The notes: a model not told the origin generated them from the sequence alone. A stretch of 64,000 nucleotides of DNA from Deltaproteobacteria bacterium (GCA_006226375.1 SBHC01000009.1:14527-78526); one strand, 5' to 3'. Positions 36,342-45,975 are shown, numbered from the stretch's first letter. Numbers and translations: made by a program.

Positions 36342-39300
36342 ATGTCAACAAGCAGAGGATTAAGATGGACCTTCCATCTGTTCACAGCCATGATCGTAGC
36401 AGGCACATTTGTGAACTGCACCACGAAGAAAAACCCAGCAACATGCCCAGTGGGACAAACTCGCTGCGACAACCGTTGCATTGATACCATGGTGGATTCC
36501 ACAAACTGTGGAGCCTGTGGCAAAGCGTGTGCAGCCGGACAAGTCTGCAACCGAGGACAATGCAACACGTCGTGCCAGACCAACCTCACCAACTGCAGCA
36601 GCAACTGTGTTGATACCATGACCAACGCAAAGAATTGCGGAGCTTGCGGTAAAAGCTGTGCTGATGGAGAACAATGCCTTGCCGGTACATGTTCTTCAGG
36701 ATGCCCCACTGGACAAATCCGGTGTGGTGACACGTGCGTTAACCCCAAAGCCAATCGCAACCACTGCGGAGGCTGTGGCACAACCTGCAAGCAAGGTGAA
36801 GTCTGTGCTGAAGGCTCTTGCTCGGTGTCTTGTCCCACAGGACAGACCAATTGCAACGGTAGCTGCATCAACTTGGAGACAAGCCGTCTTCACTGTGGAG
36901 CCTGTGGCAAAGCTTGCAAGGCGGGAGAAGTCTGCAGCCAAGGAAAGTGTGCTGTAAGCTGTCAAAATGCGCTGACGCAATGCAATGGAACATGTGTAGA
37001 CCTCCGCAACAACCGCGAAAGCTGTGGTGCCTGTGGCCAAGCTTGCAAAGCCAATGAAACTTGCACCCAAGGACAATGCCGCAGGGTGAACTGTCCAACG
37101 GGCTCAATTCGATGCAACGATCAATGCACCAACCCCTCTACCGACCGTAACAACTGTGGAACTTGTGGCATTAAGTGCGGAACTGGAGAAGTCTGTAGCT
37201 TGGGCAAATGCCAAGCCAATTGCCCCTCTTCAACAACGTCTTGCAGCGGAAGCTGTGTCAACCTCTTGACCAACCGAAATCACTGCGGCGCCTGTGGTAA
37301 CACTTGTGTTCCTGGAGAAGTTTGCAACCGAGGTGTATGCAAGCTGTCCTGTCAGTTGAGCCTTTCAACCTGTGCTGGTAGCTGTACAGACACTCGCAAC
37401 GACCGTAACAACTGTGGTGCTTGTGGCGTGCGCTGTAAGCAAGGTGAAGTATGTAGCCAAGGTATCTGCCGGGTGTCCTGTCAAAAGACCCTCACCCAGT
37501 GTGGCGGTAGCTGCATCGACACCAAGATCAACCCCAATCACTGTGGAGGTTGTGGAAAAGCATGCCGCAGCGGCGAACAATGCAACCAGGGCCGTTGTGA
37601 GCTGGTTTGCCCACAAGGAACAGCCGCATGCAATGGCACTTGTGTCGATAACAACACCAACCGAAATCACTGTGGAGCCTGTGGAAAGCTTTGCAAATCC
37701 GGAGAGATTTGTGAGAAAGGTGCATGCAAGCTGTCGTGTCCTATCGGCGCAACCGCATGCAACGGTAGCTGCGTAAACTTGAAGAGTGATGCCAAAAACT
37801 GTGGCGTTTGTGGAAAAGCTTGCCCCACGGGTCAAGTCTGTCAAAGTGGTGCCTGTGCAACGGTCTGCCTTAGCAACTACACCAAGTGTGGTAGCAGCTG
37901 TGTGAATCCCAAGATCGATGCGGCCCACTGTGGAACCTGTGGAAACGCTTGTGGAACGGGACAGAACTGCTTCGACGGCATCTGCTCCAAAGCTTGTAGC
38001 TTGAGCGAAATTGTGTGCAACGGTGACTGCATCGACACACGCAGAGACAGCCGAAACTGTGGAACATGTGGAAACGCTTGTGCAGTTGGAAATGTATGCT
38101 TGAACGGCGCATGCACCCCTTGTCGCGATTGTCCTTTGTGGGGCCAAAACTCCGCGACTTACGAACGAGACGTTGCGAACGCTGTCACAACAGATACGAA
38201 AGGTAACGTGTACTACACAGGTTACTTCCAAAAAGTCGGTGTATTCGGGACCAAAACCGTCCGTGCTGTCGGAGGAGACGACATCCTCGTCGCCAAGTTG
38301 GGCCCCAACGGTACTTACATGTGGGTGACCTCTGCAGGTGGTGTAAACAGCGACCGCGCTCATAGCATCGCAGTTGATGCAAATGGAAACGTTTATGTTG
38401 CGGGTTACTTTAGAGATGTCGCAACCTTTGGTTCAACAAGTCTGGCCTCACAAGGAAATCACGATGGATTTGTTGCCAAGCTGGACCCCACAGGCAAGTG
38501 GCTGTGGGCGAAACGATTCGGCGGCAAAAGCAACGACAAAGCTTATGGTGTTGAAGTCGACGGCAATGGAAACGTTTATGTCGCTGGTTTCTTCGTACAA
38601 AGCATGACCATTGAAGGAAAAACCTACCAGGCAACCGGCACCGACTTCTACGTTGTCAAGATCGACGACAAAGGAGCTATCACCCGAGTGACAACGGGTG
38701 GTGGAAGTGGCTTTGATGCAGCGTATGGCATGGACGTGGATCAGAACGGTAACGTATACCTGACCGGTCGATTCGATTCTCCCACGATGACTCTCGGAAA
38801 CACCACCTTGAAGCTCGTTGGTGACTACGACGCCTTCGTCGCAAAGCTGGACAACAAAGGTCAATTCGTTCTCGCGACCAGCCTCTCAGGACTGGAATCC
38901 GTGGTCGGTATGGGCATTGATGTCAACGCCAAAGGAGACATTGCAGTCGCAGGTTACTTCACCGACAAAATTGTGAAGAACGGTACAGAATACGTATCCA
39001 AAGGTAGTGGAGACTTCTTTGTCGCCAAATGGAACGCCAGCGGCCAGATGCTCTGGCTCACCACCGAAGGTGGCGGAGGTTCCGATGTCGCCAACGACGT
39101 CGCTATCGATAGCACAGGTCGCGTGTTTGTAACGGGACGCTTCCAAGCCAAGACAGACATTGGCGCAGCAGCCTTCTTCTCTCGTGGTTCCAACGATGCC
39201 TTTGTCGGTCAACTGAGTCCTACAGGTGACTGGATTGGTGCAACTCACCTGCGCAGTTCCACCAGCGCAGAAGGAAAGAGCATCTCTGTGGATGCACAAG

Positions 39301-41006
39301 ACCTCCTCTACGTTGCCGGTCACTTTAACTCTGTCTTGGTCGCTGGAAAGCTGAACATGGTCACCAGCGGTGACGCCGACGCTTTCGTACTCAAATATCG
39401 CAAACCCAGCACCTTCTGCCCCGACACCAAACACTCCATCTGTAGTGGTCGATGCACCAACACCTCGCTCAGCGACCAAAACTGTGGCGCATGTGGCAAA
39501 GCCTGTCTCGGCGGTAATGTATGCAACAACAGCCAGTGTGGTCCATGTACCGATTGTCTGAAGTGGACGGCGCAGCCCGACTCCAACAACGTACAAAAAG
39601 GGAACGGTAACCTGGAAGCTATTGCAACCGATAGTCAAGGGAACACCTACATGACTGGTCGATTCAACGACACACTTCAGTTTGGTAGCACCATTCTGAA
39701 AGCAGAAGGTAGCTCCGATATTTTCGTCGCCAAGACCAGCCCTCAAGGAAAGTTCTTGTGGGCCAAGTCCTTTGGTTCCGATGAGTTTGAAACAAGCTAC
39801 GATATCAAGCTCGACAGCAACAACAACATCTACCTGGCTGGTTACTACATCACAGACATCAACTTCGGTTCCACAACCTTGACCTCACAGGGTGGACCTG
39901 ACGTTTTCGTCGTCAAGATGGACAAAGATGGAAACGTCGAATGGGCAGCCACCGGTGGTGGAGACAACAGTGACCAGGCTCGAAGCATCAGCCTTGACGC
40001 GAACGGAAACGTTTACGTTACTGGAGACTTTGCATCCCGTACAGCAAGCTTCTCCAACGAAACGGTATCAGGCTCCGGTAGCAAAGACGTGTTCGTAGGA
40101 AAGCTCAACAGTTCTGGAAAGTGGGAATGGGTCAAGAGCCTGGGAAGTACCACCAGCAACGACTTTGGCGAGAGCATTGTACACTCCAACGGCAGCCTCT
40201 ATGTTGTCGGACACTTCGCAGGAAAGATCATCCAAGGAACGACCACGCTGGACGCAGGTAGCACCTTGTACACCGACATCCTGGTCGCCAAGTTCGACAC
40301 CAACGGAAAGATCGATTGGCTTCGACAAGCTGGAAACCCACAAGGTTATGACTATGGTTATGGCGTTGTTGCAGACAAACAAGGTGGAATCTACCTGACA
40401 GGTCGCTTCCAAGGTTCTGCAGAGTTTGGTGTCACCAAGCTCCGCGCACGCGGCGACAGCAACGTCTTCATTGGTAAGATCAACAGCTCCGGACAGTGGG
40501 ACTGGGTGAAGCAGTTTGGTAGCAACCGCGCTGACCAAGGTCGTCGAATCACAGTCAACAGCAAAGGCGAGATCCTGGTCGTGGGACACTTCCAAAACCT
40601 CTTGTACGTCAACATCAATGAGTTCATCCTCCCCTCCAAAGGACGCGATGACTGCTTTGTTGTCAAGTACAACAACCAAGGTTCTTTGATGGGAATCTCA
40701 ACCGGTGGTGGTACCTTTGAAGATTACTGCCAGGCCATTGCAGTCGGACCCCAAGATCAAATCATTATCGGTGGTTACACCCAAAGCAGTACGCTCTTCT
40801 TTGGACGTCGCGAATTTAAACGAGCGACCAACCAAACGCCCGGTATCTTCGTGGGTTCGTACCAAGATAACGTTTGTCCCCTGCTTGGCGCTTACAACAT
40901 CTGTGGTGCCTCCTGTACCAACGTTCTTCAGGATGAATCCAACTGCGGAAAATGCGCCAACACCTGTACCAACAACGCAGTGTGTCAAGCTGGCTTCTGC
41001 CGATAA
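36342..41006 (+). CDS. 1554-aa secreted/lipoprotein-like giant protein: 13 tandem Cys-rich repeats, SBBP beta-propeller, Cys repeat, second SBBP beta-propeller, terminal Cys repeat
   Basis: RBS TAAGGAGA before the ATG, with a signal/lipobox-like N-terminus (IVAGTFVNC). The 43-aa repeats have 8 Cys each (C-x7-C-x3-C-x9-C-G-x-C-G-x2-C-x5-C-x4-C, with an NCGACG core). The SBBP-type repeats read GNVYVAGYF ... D(A/V)FVAKLDxxGxxxW. Confidence 0.85.
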   Translation: MSTSRGLRWTFHLFTAMIVAGTFVNCTTKKNPATCPVGQTRCDNRCIDTMVDSTNCGACGKACAAGQVCNRGQCNTSCQTNLTNCSSNCVDTMTNAKNCGACGKSCADGEQCLAGTCSSGCPTGQIRCGDTCVNPKANRNHCGGCGTTCKQGEVCAEGSCSVSCPTGQTNCNGSCINLETSRLHCGACGKACKAGEVCSQGKCAVSCQNALTQCNGTCVDLRNNRESCGACGQACKANETCTQGQCRRVNCPTGSIRCNDQCTNPSTDRNNCGTCGIKCGTGEVCSLGKCQANCPSSTTSCSGSCVNLLTNRNHCGACGNTCVPGEVCNRGVCKLSCQLSLSTCAGSCTDTRNDRNNCGACGVRCKQGEVCSQGICRVSCQKTLTQCGGSCIDTKINPNHCGGCGKACRSGEQCNQGRCELVCPQGTAACNGTCVDNNTNRNHCGACGKLCKSGEICEKGACKLSCPIGATACNGSCVNLKSDAKNCGVCGKACPTGQVCQSGACATVCLSNYTKCGSSCVNPKIDAAHCGTCGNACGTGQNCFDGICSKACSLSEIVCNGDCIDTRRDSRNCGTCGNACAVGNVCLNGACTPCRDCPLWGQNSATYERDVANAVTTDTKGNVYYTGYFQKVGVFGTKTVRAVGGDDILVAKLGPNGTYMWVTSAGGVNSDRAHSIAVDANGNVYVAGYFRDVATFGSTSLASQGNHDGFVAKLDPTGKWLWAKRFGGKSNDKAYGVEVDGNGNVYVAGFFVQSMTIEGKTYQATGTDFYVVKIDDKGAITRVTTGGGSGFDAAYGMDVDQNGNVYLTGRFDSPTMTLGNTTLKLVGDYDAFVAKLDNKGQFVLATSLSGLESVVGMGIDVNAKGDIAVAGYFTDKIVKNGTEYVSKGSGDFFVAKWNASGQMLWLTTEGGGGSDVANDVAIDSTGRVFVTGRFQAKTDIGAAAFFSRGSNDAFVGQLSPTGDWIGATHLRSSTSAEGKSISVDAQDLLYVAGHFNSVLVAGKLNMVTSGDADAFVLKYRKPSTFCPDTKHSICSGRCTNTSLSDQNCGACGKACLGGNVCNNSQCGPCTDCLKWTAQPDSNNVQKGNGNLEAIATDSQGNTYMTGRFNDTLQFGSTILKAEGSSDIFVAKTSPQGKFLWAKSFGSDEFETSYDIKLDSNNNIYLAGYYITDINFGSTTLTSQGGPDVFVVKMDKDGNVEWAATGGGDNSDQARSISLDANGNVYVTGDFASRTASFSNETVSGSGSKDVFVGKLNSSGKWEWVKSLGSTTSNDFGESIVHSNGSLYVVGHFAGKIIQGTTTLDAGSTLYTDILVAKFDTNGKIDWLRQAGNPQGYDYGYGVVADKQGGIYLTGRFQGSAEFGVTKLRARGDSNVFIGKINSSGQWDWVKQFGSNRADQGRRITVNSKGEILVVGHFQNLLYVNINEFILPSKGRDDCFVVKYNNQGSLMGISTGGGTFEDYCQAIAVGPQDQIIIGGYTQSSTLFFGRREFKRATNQTPGIFVGSYQDNVCPLLGAYNICGASCTNVLQDESNCGKCANTCTNNAVCQAGFCR
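36444..38132 (+). repeat. 13 tandem 129-bp (43-codon) coding repeats inside the giant gene
   Basis: The first Cys of successive repeats falls at residues 35, 78, 121, 164, 207, 251, 294, 337, 380, 423, 466, 509 and 552, a period of 43 aa. Single extra copies lie at about 39416-39557 and 40875-41003. Confidence 0.85.
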
Positions 41007-41284
41007 TCCACGATAGTCCCCCCACCCTTCCCTCCCCCTCTCCTTCCTCATCTCTCTTTCCCCTAGCTTCTTCCTCCTAGCTTCTTTTACTTAGCTATCC
41101 CTCTCCTTACTTCTTGCTCCTATACCCCACCTGAATTCTTGCTCCCAGCCCTCACTTTCATCCTCGCAGAGAGTTGACGAGTCCAAGCGCAGAGCAACAG
41201 GTCAAAGTCACACTATACTTTCAAACAGTTAATCACCCCCACCTCATAGATCGGTCGTAGGCAGTTGGTAAGTCGCCATCATGA

Positions 41285-41371
41285 ACCTCACCCTTATTCG
41301 CTACGCTCATTTTCCCTCTCCAACTTGGAGAGGGAACCCTCAGAATGTGTCAGAATATTGAGGGGTGAGGT
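41285..41371. other. nested inverted-repeat element in a convergent intergenic spacer
   Basis: The outer 9-bp stem is ACCTCACCC (41285-41293) with GGGTGAGGT (41363-41371). It encloses a 12-bp palindrome, TTCCCTCTCCAA (41312-41323) and TTGGAGAGGGAA (41325-41336). No flanking T-run on either strand. Confidence 0.6.
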
Positions 41372-41546
41372 CCAAAAAGGCATGACTTTTTCCACAAGGT
41401 GAACTTGTTACCAACAGGATTGAATCGCACCCATATCAAAGCGAAGACGTGTTGAAGGAGATGTTGTATCTAGGGTAGGAAATGAAGGAACTGCACGGGA
41501 AGAGGGCTATGGAGTTAGCGCTGGAAGAAAGATTGTAAGAGAGCAG

Positions 41547-41642
41547 AAGGATTGCTGAAGAGAAGGATTGTAGGAGAGAAGGATTGCTGAAAAGAAGGAT
41601 TGCTGAAAAGAAGGATTGCTGAAAAGAAGGATTGCTGGAAAA
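41547..41642. repeat. six tandem copies of a 16-bp unit (AAGGATTGCTGAAAAG consensus)
   Basis: Units start at 41547, 41563, 41579, 41595, 41611 and 41627. The three central copies are identical, and a degenerate copy lies at about 41528. The array ends 11 nt from the stop codon of the minus-strand PBP gene. Confidence 0.9.
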
Positions 41643-41652
41643 AAGAACAAGC

Positions 41653-44600
41653 TTAGTCGTGCAAAGCTCCGAGCATACGGAACAAAAGATAACATGCTTG
41701 ACGCGAACGGATGGTTCTTCGGCGGAATGCTTTGCGCCAAGGCAACGATTTGGGGAAAGGCTTTCCTTTTTTCCAGTAGGCGTCGAATTTGCTATCCAGC
41801 GCTTTCCATTTTGCAAGTTTTTCCTTGTATCGTTTCACCTTACGTTCACAATAACGTACATTGTTTTGGCGCTTTCGTTTGGACACCTTGGTTCTGTTTT
41901 GCCACCGTTCGCGCCAGTGATTCCACTTTTTTATCCGCTTCTCCCAACGCTCTTTTTGACGCGTCCAAGACTTACGTTTTCGGTACAGGTACAGAGGTTC
42001 ATTGTTGGGATGAGAAAGAGTGAAAGCTCCAGCGTAACGTCCGACAAATCCGATGCAACTGACCCCTCGGTTGTCGGTCGTGGTCCCGGTTTTTGCGCCA
42101 GCGTGACGAAGAGATTTGGAGCCAAGGTGCTTTCGCAGCCATCGCCCAGAGGAAGCGGCTGTACCTTTCAGCAACACCAATCGCATAGCGCGGCGAACCT
42201 GTTCAATGGAGCGCCGAGAGAAGAGAGAGATCGAACGCTTCATCGGAACATTCTTGAACAACAAGCGACCTTGTTGTTCGACTTTGTGGACAAGATGAGG
42301 ACGAATCGATCGTCCGGTCGCAAAGAACGATGCGAGCGCCGCTTGTTGTTTTGTGGAGGAGTTATGGACCCCGAGAGCCAACGTCCCCACAGGCTTGAGG
42401 TGGCTCTCTTTCCGTTTGTATCCCATCCATGTTTCAAGGAGATGAATCATGTAGCGCAGTCCTATTTCCATACGAAGCTCGCGAGACCACGCAAGAGTTT
42501 GAATCCGGATGCGGCCCGAAAATCGACGCCTGGCTTGTTTGAGGTTCGACTCGAAGACATCGCGCAAGGCAGGATGAATGTTGTCTGTCTCCCATGATTC
42601 CAAGTCGATCAAGTTCGCCAAGTCACGAGGTTCCAGGCGGTTGGATGACTCCAAAGAGCCAAGAGGCTCAGACGGTTGTGGCCTGTTCCCAGAGCCGCTT
42701 GGAAGAGGGGACAGAGTCCTTGCAGGCATTCGTCGTTGCCCCGCAAAAACTTGCACTGTTCCCGCAGAGTTTCCGGCCTGAGCAACCACAACCATAGGTT
42801 GTTTGTTTTTGTTGTCTCGCAAAAGCTGAAGCCCGTATTTCACCGTCGCAACCTTCGCGACCTCAAAGCTTGCCTGCCGTCGAAGATTCTTAAGGTAGGC
42901 CTCGTAGCCATGTTGGGAGCGAAGATAGTTTGCCAGTCGTCGAGGTTGACGCATCAGCTTCCGAGCTTTCTGCCCTGCTGCTTTGGGAGACACTCCTTTG
43001 TCCACTAACATTTGCTGCAAGCCGATTTGAAAGATCGGCAGCCATTGCTGTTCGGGAACAAACCACGACCAGCGCAGAGAGAGAAACACAAAGGCAATGT
43101 TGGCCGACTGCACAAGCGCTTCTTGGGGAGAAAGGTAAGGTTTCATCTTGTGAGCATTTCCCACATAGAAGAACTTCTCTCCCGATTTTGGATGGTACAG
43201 GAATCGACGTTTCCTCTGGGTGTTGGCTCGACTACCGTTCACCAAAGGTAACTCTTTGGGCCAATACGAAGAAAGTAACATGGGCACAACTTTGATGGTG
43301 GAACCCACCACAGGTTTCTGCGCCATCGAAAAGTCGAAGAACTGTTCTCCCCCATATTGCGAGACAATCCCTTGCTTCTTTGTGTCCACGAGAACAAAAG
43401 AAGCCTGTATCTTGGAGCCCTTGTGGAATCCAAGTTTTTTCTTCATGAGCCCTCGAAGCAAAGGAATCAGACCTTGTTTCTCTTGGGTCCCTGTGGTCAG
43501 GGCGCGGTCGTAATGGAGGTGAATTTGACTGCCTTTTCGCCAGTTGGGCTGAAGGGAAGATAGCTCTTTTTCGATCCAATGATGCAGATGAATGTCATGT
43601 TTCTTCCAGCGAGGAGTCACAGTCCGGATTCGCTTGAGACCGTTCCGAAAAGAAGGAAGACCATCGGGGATCGTAACGCCCTGCCCTCTCAAAGCCTTCT
43701 TAATCTGTCGGATCCGCTTCTTCCACACACCAAAGACTCGGGCTTGTTTTGCATTCTCACAGGAACCTTTTCGACAAGAGCGTAGAAACCAGGGATTAAG
43801 ATAGCCAGGGCTCGGCAGAGAAGCTGCCATCACAGCGACTTGATTCCAGCTGAGTTTGTCCACGCGATGTTGTCCAAACCAAGCCAGACTCATACGGTGA
43901 GCGCCGTAGTTTTCGCCATGTCCGGACCACAGGGTGTTCATGTAGGTTGCCATCATATCTCGGGGAGTCAAATGCTGGCACATCACATACGCCCGTGGCA
44001 TCTCTTGGTATAGCTTGTGACGGATCAATTGAACGATGCCACCCAGGGAAGCTTTTCGACCCCACTGAGGAAGATTCTTAGCAGCCTGCAAAGCTGGTGT
44101 ACTGGCTCCAACCTTACGGTCTTGTAAGTAGTAATAGGGAACCCGAAGGAAGCTCTTCAAGGAGAAAGGTTCACACTGCAGCCGCCCGCCACCAGGTAAC
44201 AGACGCCACCACCAACCAGGTCTTTTCACCGGACCCTCGGCCGCTTGTATGGCTCGGCTTAAGCGCCATTGCAGCAAGTCAGGCGATTCGTATTGCAAAG
44301 ACCAGTCGCCCTTGAGCTTTCGAAAGACACCCACCCGCTTTCCTTTTTGGTCGTGGATGGATGTCAGACGAAGAGATTGCAGAAAATCAATCCGCTGTTG
44401 CACCGCGATCTGCTGCTCCGTGGTCACCGAGGAGGAGACCCACCAGGTCATGCAAGCCAAAAACCAAACCATAGCTCCAAGAGTAAAGCTTGTAAGAAAA
44501 GCGACCGCAGCACTTAGACGAGAAAGCCCATCACGCCAACGAGCGCCTTCCAAATACGCCTGGATTGCATGTCGAACGATGCGCCCCAAGAACCACGCAC

Positions 44601-44733
44601 CGTAGCCCAAGGCAAAGAAGGAAAGACTTGCAAGTACAGCTACCAACCAAGGGAGCACACCCACCACTGCAAGGCTTAAGATGGAAAGCGAGAACAAACT
44701 CAAGCCGACGAGATACAAAGGATAGATCCACAT
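41653..44733 (-). CDS. class A penicillin-binding protein (divergent GT51 glycosyltransferase + transpeptidase) with long basic C-terminal tail
   Basis: N-terminal TM helices. The GT51-like blocks are AIQAAEG, GASTPALQAAKNL, RHKLYQEMPRAYVM, MATYMNTLW and AASLPSPGYLNPW. The transpeptidase motifs are GSTIKV (SxxK), SAN (SxN) and KTGTT. The last roughly 110 aa are extremely Lys/Arg/Trp-rich. Confidence 0.75.
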   Translation of the reverse strand: MWIYPLYLVGLSLFSLSILSLAVVGVLPWLVAVLASLSFFALGYGAWFLGRIVRHAIQAYLEGARWRDGLSRLSAAVAFLTSFTLGAMVWFLACMTWWVSSSVTTEQQIAVQQRIDFLQSLRLTSIHDQKGKRVGVFRKLKGDWSLQYESPDLLQWRLSRAIQAAEGPVKRPGWWWRLLPGGGRLQCEPFSLKSFLRVPYYYLQDRKVGASTPALQAAKNLPQWGRKASLGGIVQLIRHKLYQEMPRAYVMCQHLTPRDMMATYMNTLWSGHGENYGAHRMSLAWFGQHRVDKLSWNQVAVMAASLPSPGYLNPWFLRSCRKGSCENAKQARVFGVWKKRIRQIKKALRGQGVTIPDGLPSFRNGLKRIRTVTPRWKKHDIHLHHWIEKELSSLQPNWRKGSQIHLHYDRALTTGTQEKQGLIPLLRGLMKKKLGFHKGSKIQASFVLVDTKKQGIVSQYGGEQFFDFSMAQKPVVGSTIKVVPMLLSSYWPKELPLVNGSRANTQRKRRFLYHPKSGEKFFYVGNAHKMKPYLSPQEALVQSANIAFVFLSLRWSWFVPEQQWLPIFQIGLQQMLVDKGVSPKAAGQKARKLMRQPRRLANYLRSQHGYEAYLKNLRRQASFEVAKVATVKYGLQLLRDNKNKQPMVVVAQAGNSAGTVQVFAGQRRMPARTLSPLPSGSGNRPQPSEPLGSLESSNRLEPRDLANLIDLESWETDNIHPALRDVFESNLKQARRRFSGRIRIQTLAWSRELRMEIGLRYMIHLLETWMGYKRKESHLKPVGTLALGVHNSSTKQQAALASFFATGRSIRPHLVHKVEQQGRLLFKNVPMKRSISLFSRRSIEQVRRAMRLVLLKGTAASSGRWLRKHLGSKSLRHAGAKTGTTTDNRGVSCIGFVGRYAGAFTLSHPNNEPLYLYRKRKSWTRQKERWEKRIKKWNHWRERWQNRTKVSKRKRQNNVRYCERKVKRYKEKLAKWKALDSKFDAYWKKGKPFPKSLPWRKAFRRRTIRSRQACYLLFRMLGALHD

Positions 44734-45174
44734 GTCTGGTATTCCTCTTGGTTGGACAGCTCCTTCTCTGCAAAGAAGCCTGTGGAATTAAGCAACTCCT
44801 AACTCCAAGCAAAAATTGAACCAGACCGCTCACATATCCCAATGCGTCTATCGGTTCATAAAACCCACACATAGCCAATCGGATTGAGACAGAGGAACCT
44901 CACAACCTCGAAAAAGGGGCTTGGGTGTCCATTTTTTCTTCGTTGCTCCCCACAAGCAGGTCATACGCGGCCCAAAGCCAACCAGGCCAACGGCCAAATC
45001 CTTCCACAACTAACTGTTTTGTAAAAGACAAACCCACCCCCTCACGATCCAACGGAACACGCTTTGCAGTGGATACGGCCAGCGAAACGGTCGGATACAG
45101 ATTAGGTATCCAAGCAAAGGCTTGGTCGGCCGGCTGCTTCGCTTTCACGAACCTTTGTTAGAGGAGAAAAAACT

Positions 45175-45954
45175 ATGTGGAAACGCATTGCTGCAGTTAC
45201 GTTGCTAAGTATGAGTATGTCGATGGTGGGTTGCGTATCCAAAAGCTACCACACCAAGAAAGTCAACGCTCTCAAAGATAGAAATGCAACCTTGGCGGCT
45301 TCTTTGGAAGAGAAGAAGATGAAGCTACGCCAGATGAGGATTCGATACGAGGCTGAGCTGGCTGCTCTGAAACAAAAAAACAGCCAGCAAGGTCAGAAGC
45401 TACGAGACGCTCTCGCGTACATTACCAAATTGGAAAACCATCTGAAGGTCACCCAAAACTTGTTTGGAACTCTCCGTCGCGAGTTCCGAGCCGACCTTGA
45501 CTCTGGTGACTTGACCCTGAAGGTACGAAATGGCTCGCTTGTGTTGGTGCTTCCCGAGAAAGTACTCTTTCCTTACAACAGCGCCAAGCTCAAAACGGAG
45601 AGCAAAGGAGCCATACGACGAGTTGCTCGTGTCCTGAGCCGGTATAGCTATCGATGGCAGGTAGCGGGCCACGCAGACTCCACCGGTTCCGCGAAAGGTA
45701 ACATGCAGCTCTCGTATCGACGCGCCGCCCGCGTGAAGAAGTTGATGACCCGACAAGGCATGACGCCCAAAAACATTGCCGTGGTTGCCTACGGTGAAAG
45801 TCAGCCCATCCGTAGCAATGACACGAAAAAAGGTCGCGCGCAGAACCGACGAGTGGAGCTGATCTTGCAGCCCCGATTTATGGTGTCCAAAGACAAAGAC
45901 AACATCGAGTTGTCCCGCATCGACGCGATGCTTTTTGATCGAGCGTCTTCCTAA
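45175..45954 (+). CDS. OmpA/MotB-family lipoprotein with N-terminal coiled coil
   Basis: The lipobox is LSMSMSMVGC. A heptad-like region follows (LAASLEEKKMKLRQMRIRYEAELAALKQK). The OmpA block is WQVAGHADSTGSAKGNMQLSYRRAARVKKLM...GRAQNRRVELIL. Confidence 0.8.
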   Translation: MWKRIAAVTLLSMSMSMVGCVSKSYHTKKVNALKDRNATLAASLEEKKMKLRQMRIRYEAELAALKQKNSQQGQKLRDALAYITKLENHLKVTQNLFGTLRREFRADLDSGDLTLKVRNGSLVLVLPEKVLFPYNSAKLKTESKGAIRRVARVLSRYSYRWQVAGHADSTGSAKGNMQLSYRRAARVKKLMTRQGMTPKNIAVVAYGESQPIRSNDTKKGRAQNRRVELILQPRFMVSKDKDNIELSRIDAMLFDRASS

Positions 45955-45975
45955 AAAAGACCCGAAACCTTTCGG
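45953..45975 (-). terminator. weak intrinsic-terminator-like hairpin for the minus-strand TolC operon
   Basis: The minus strand reads CCGAAAGGTTTCGG followed by GTCTTTTTT, a 5-6 bp stem only. It lies 29 nt downstream of the stop at 46004 and overlaps the stop codon of the plus-strand OmpA-like gene. Confidence 0.3.

Noticed and set aside
37365-39746. Long minus-strand ORFs (332 aa at 37365-38363, 286 aa at 38886-39746, and others) inside the giant gene
   Set aside because: They are antisense shadows of a strongly codon-biased, repeat-rich CDS. Their translations are low-complexity (Thr/Ala/Val/Cys runs), have no start context and overlap a well-supported plus-strand gene.
41547-41642. Possible CRISPR array, prompted by regular short repeats in a window that also has a Cas2-like ORF
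   Set aside because: The units are 16 bp and directly abutting, with no spacers, and there are only six copies. This is a simple tandem repeat, not a repeat-spacer array. It lies 37 kb from the Cas2-like gene.
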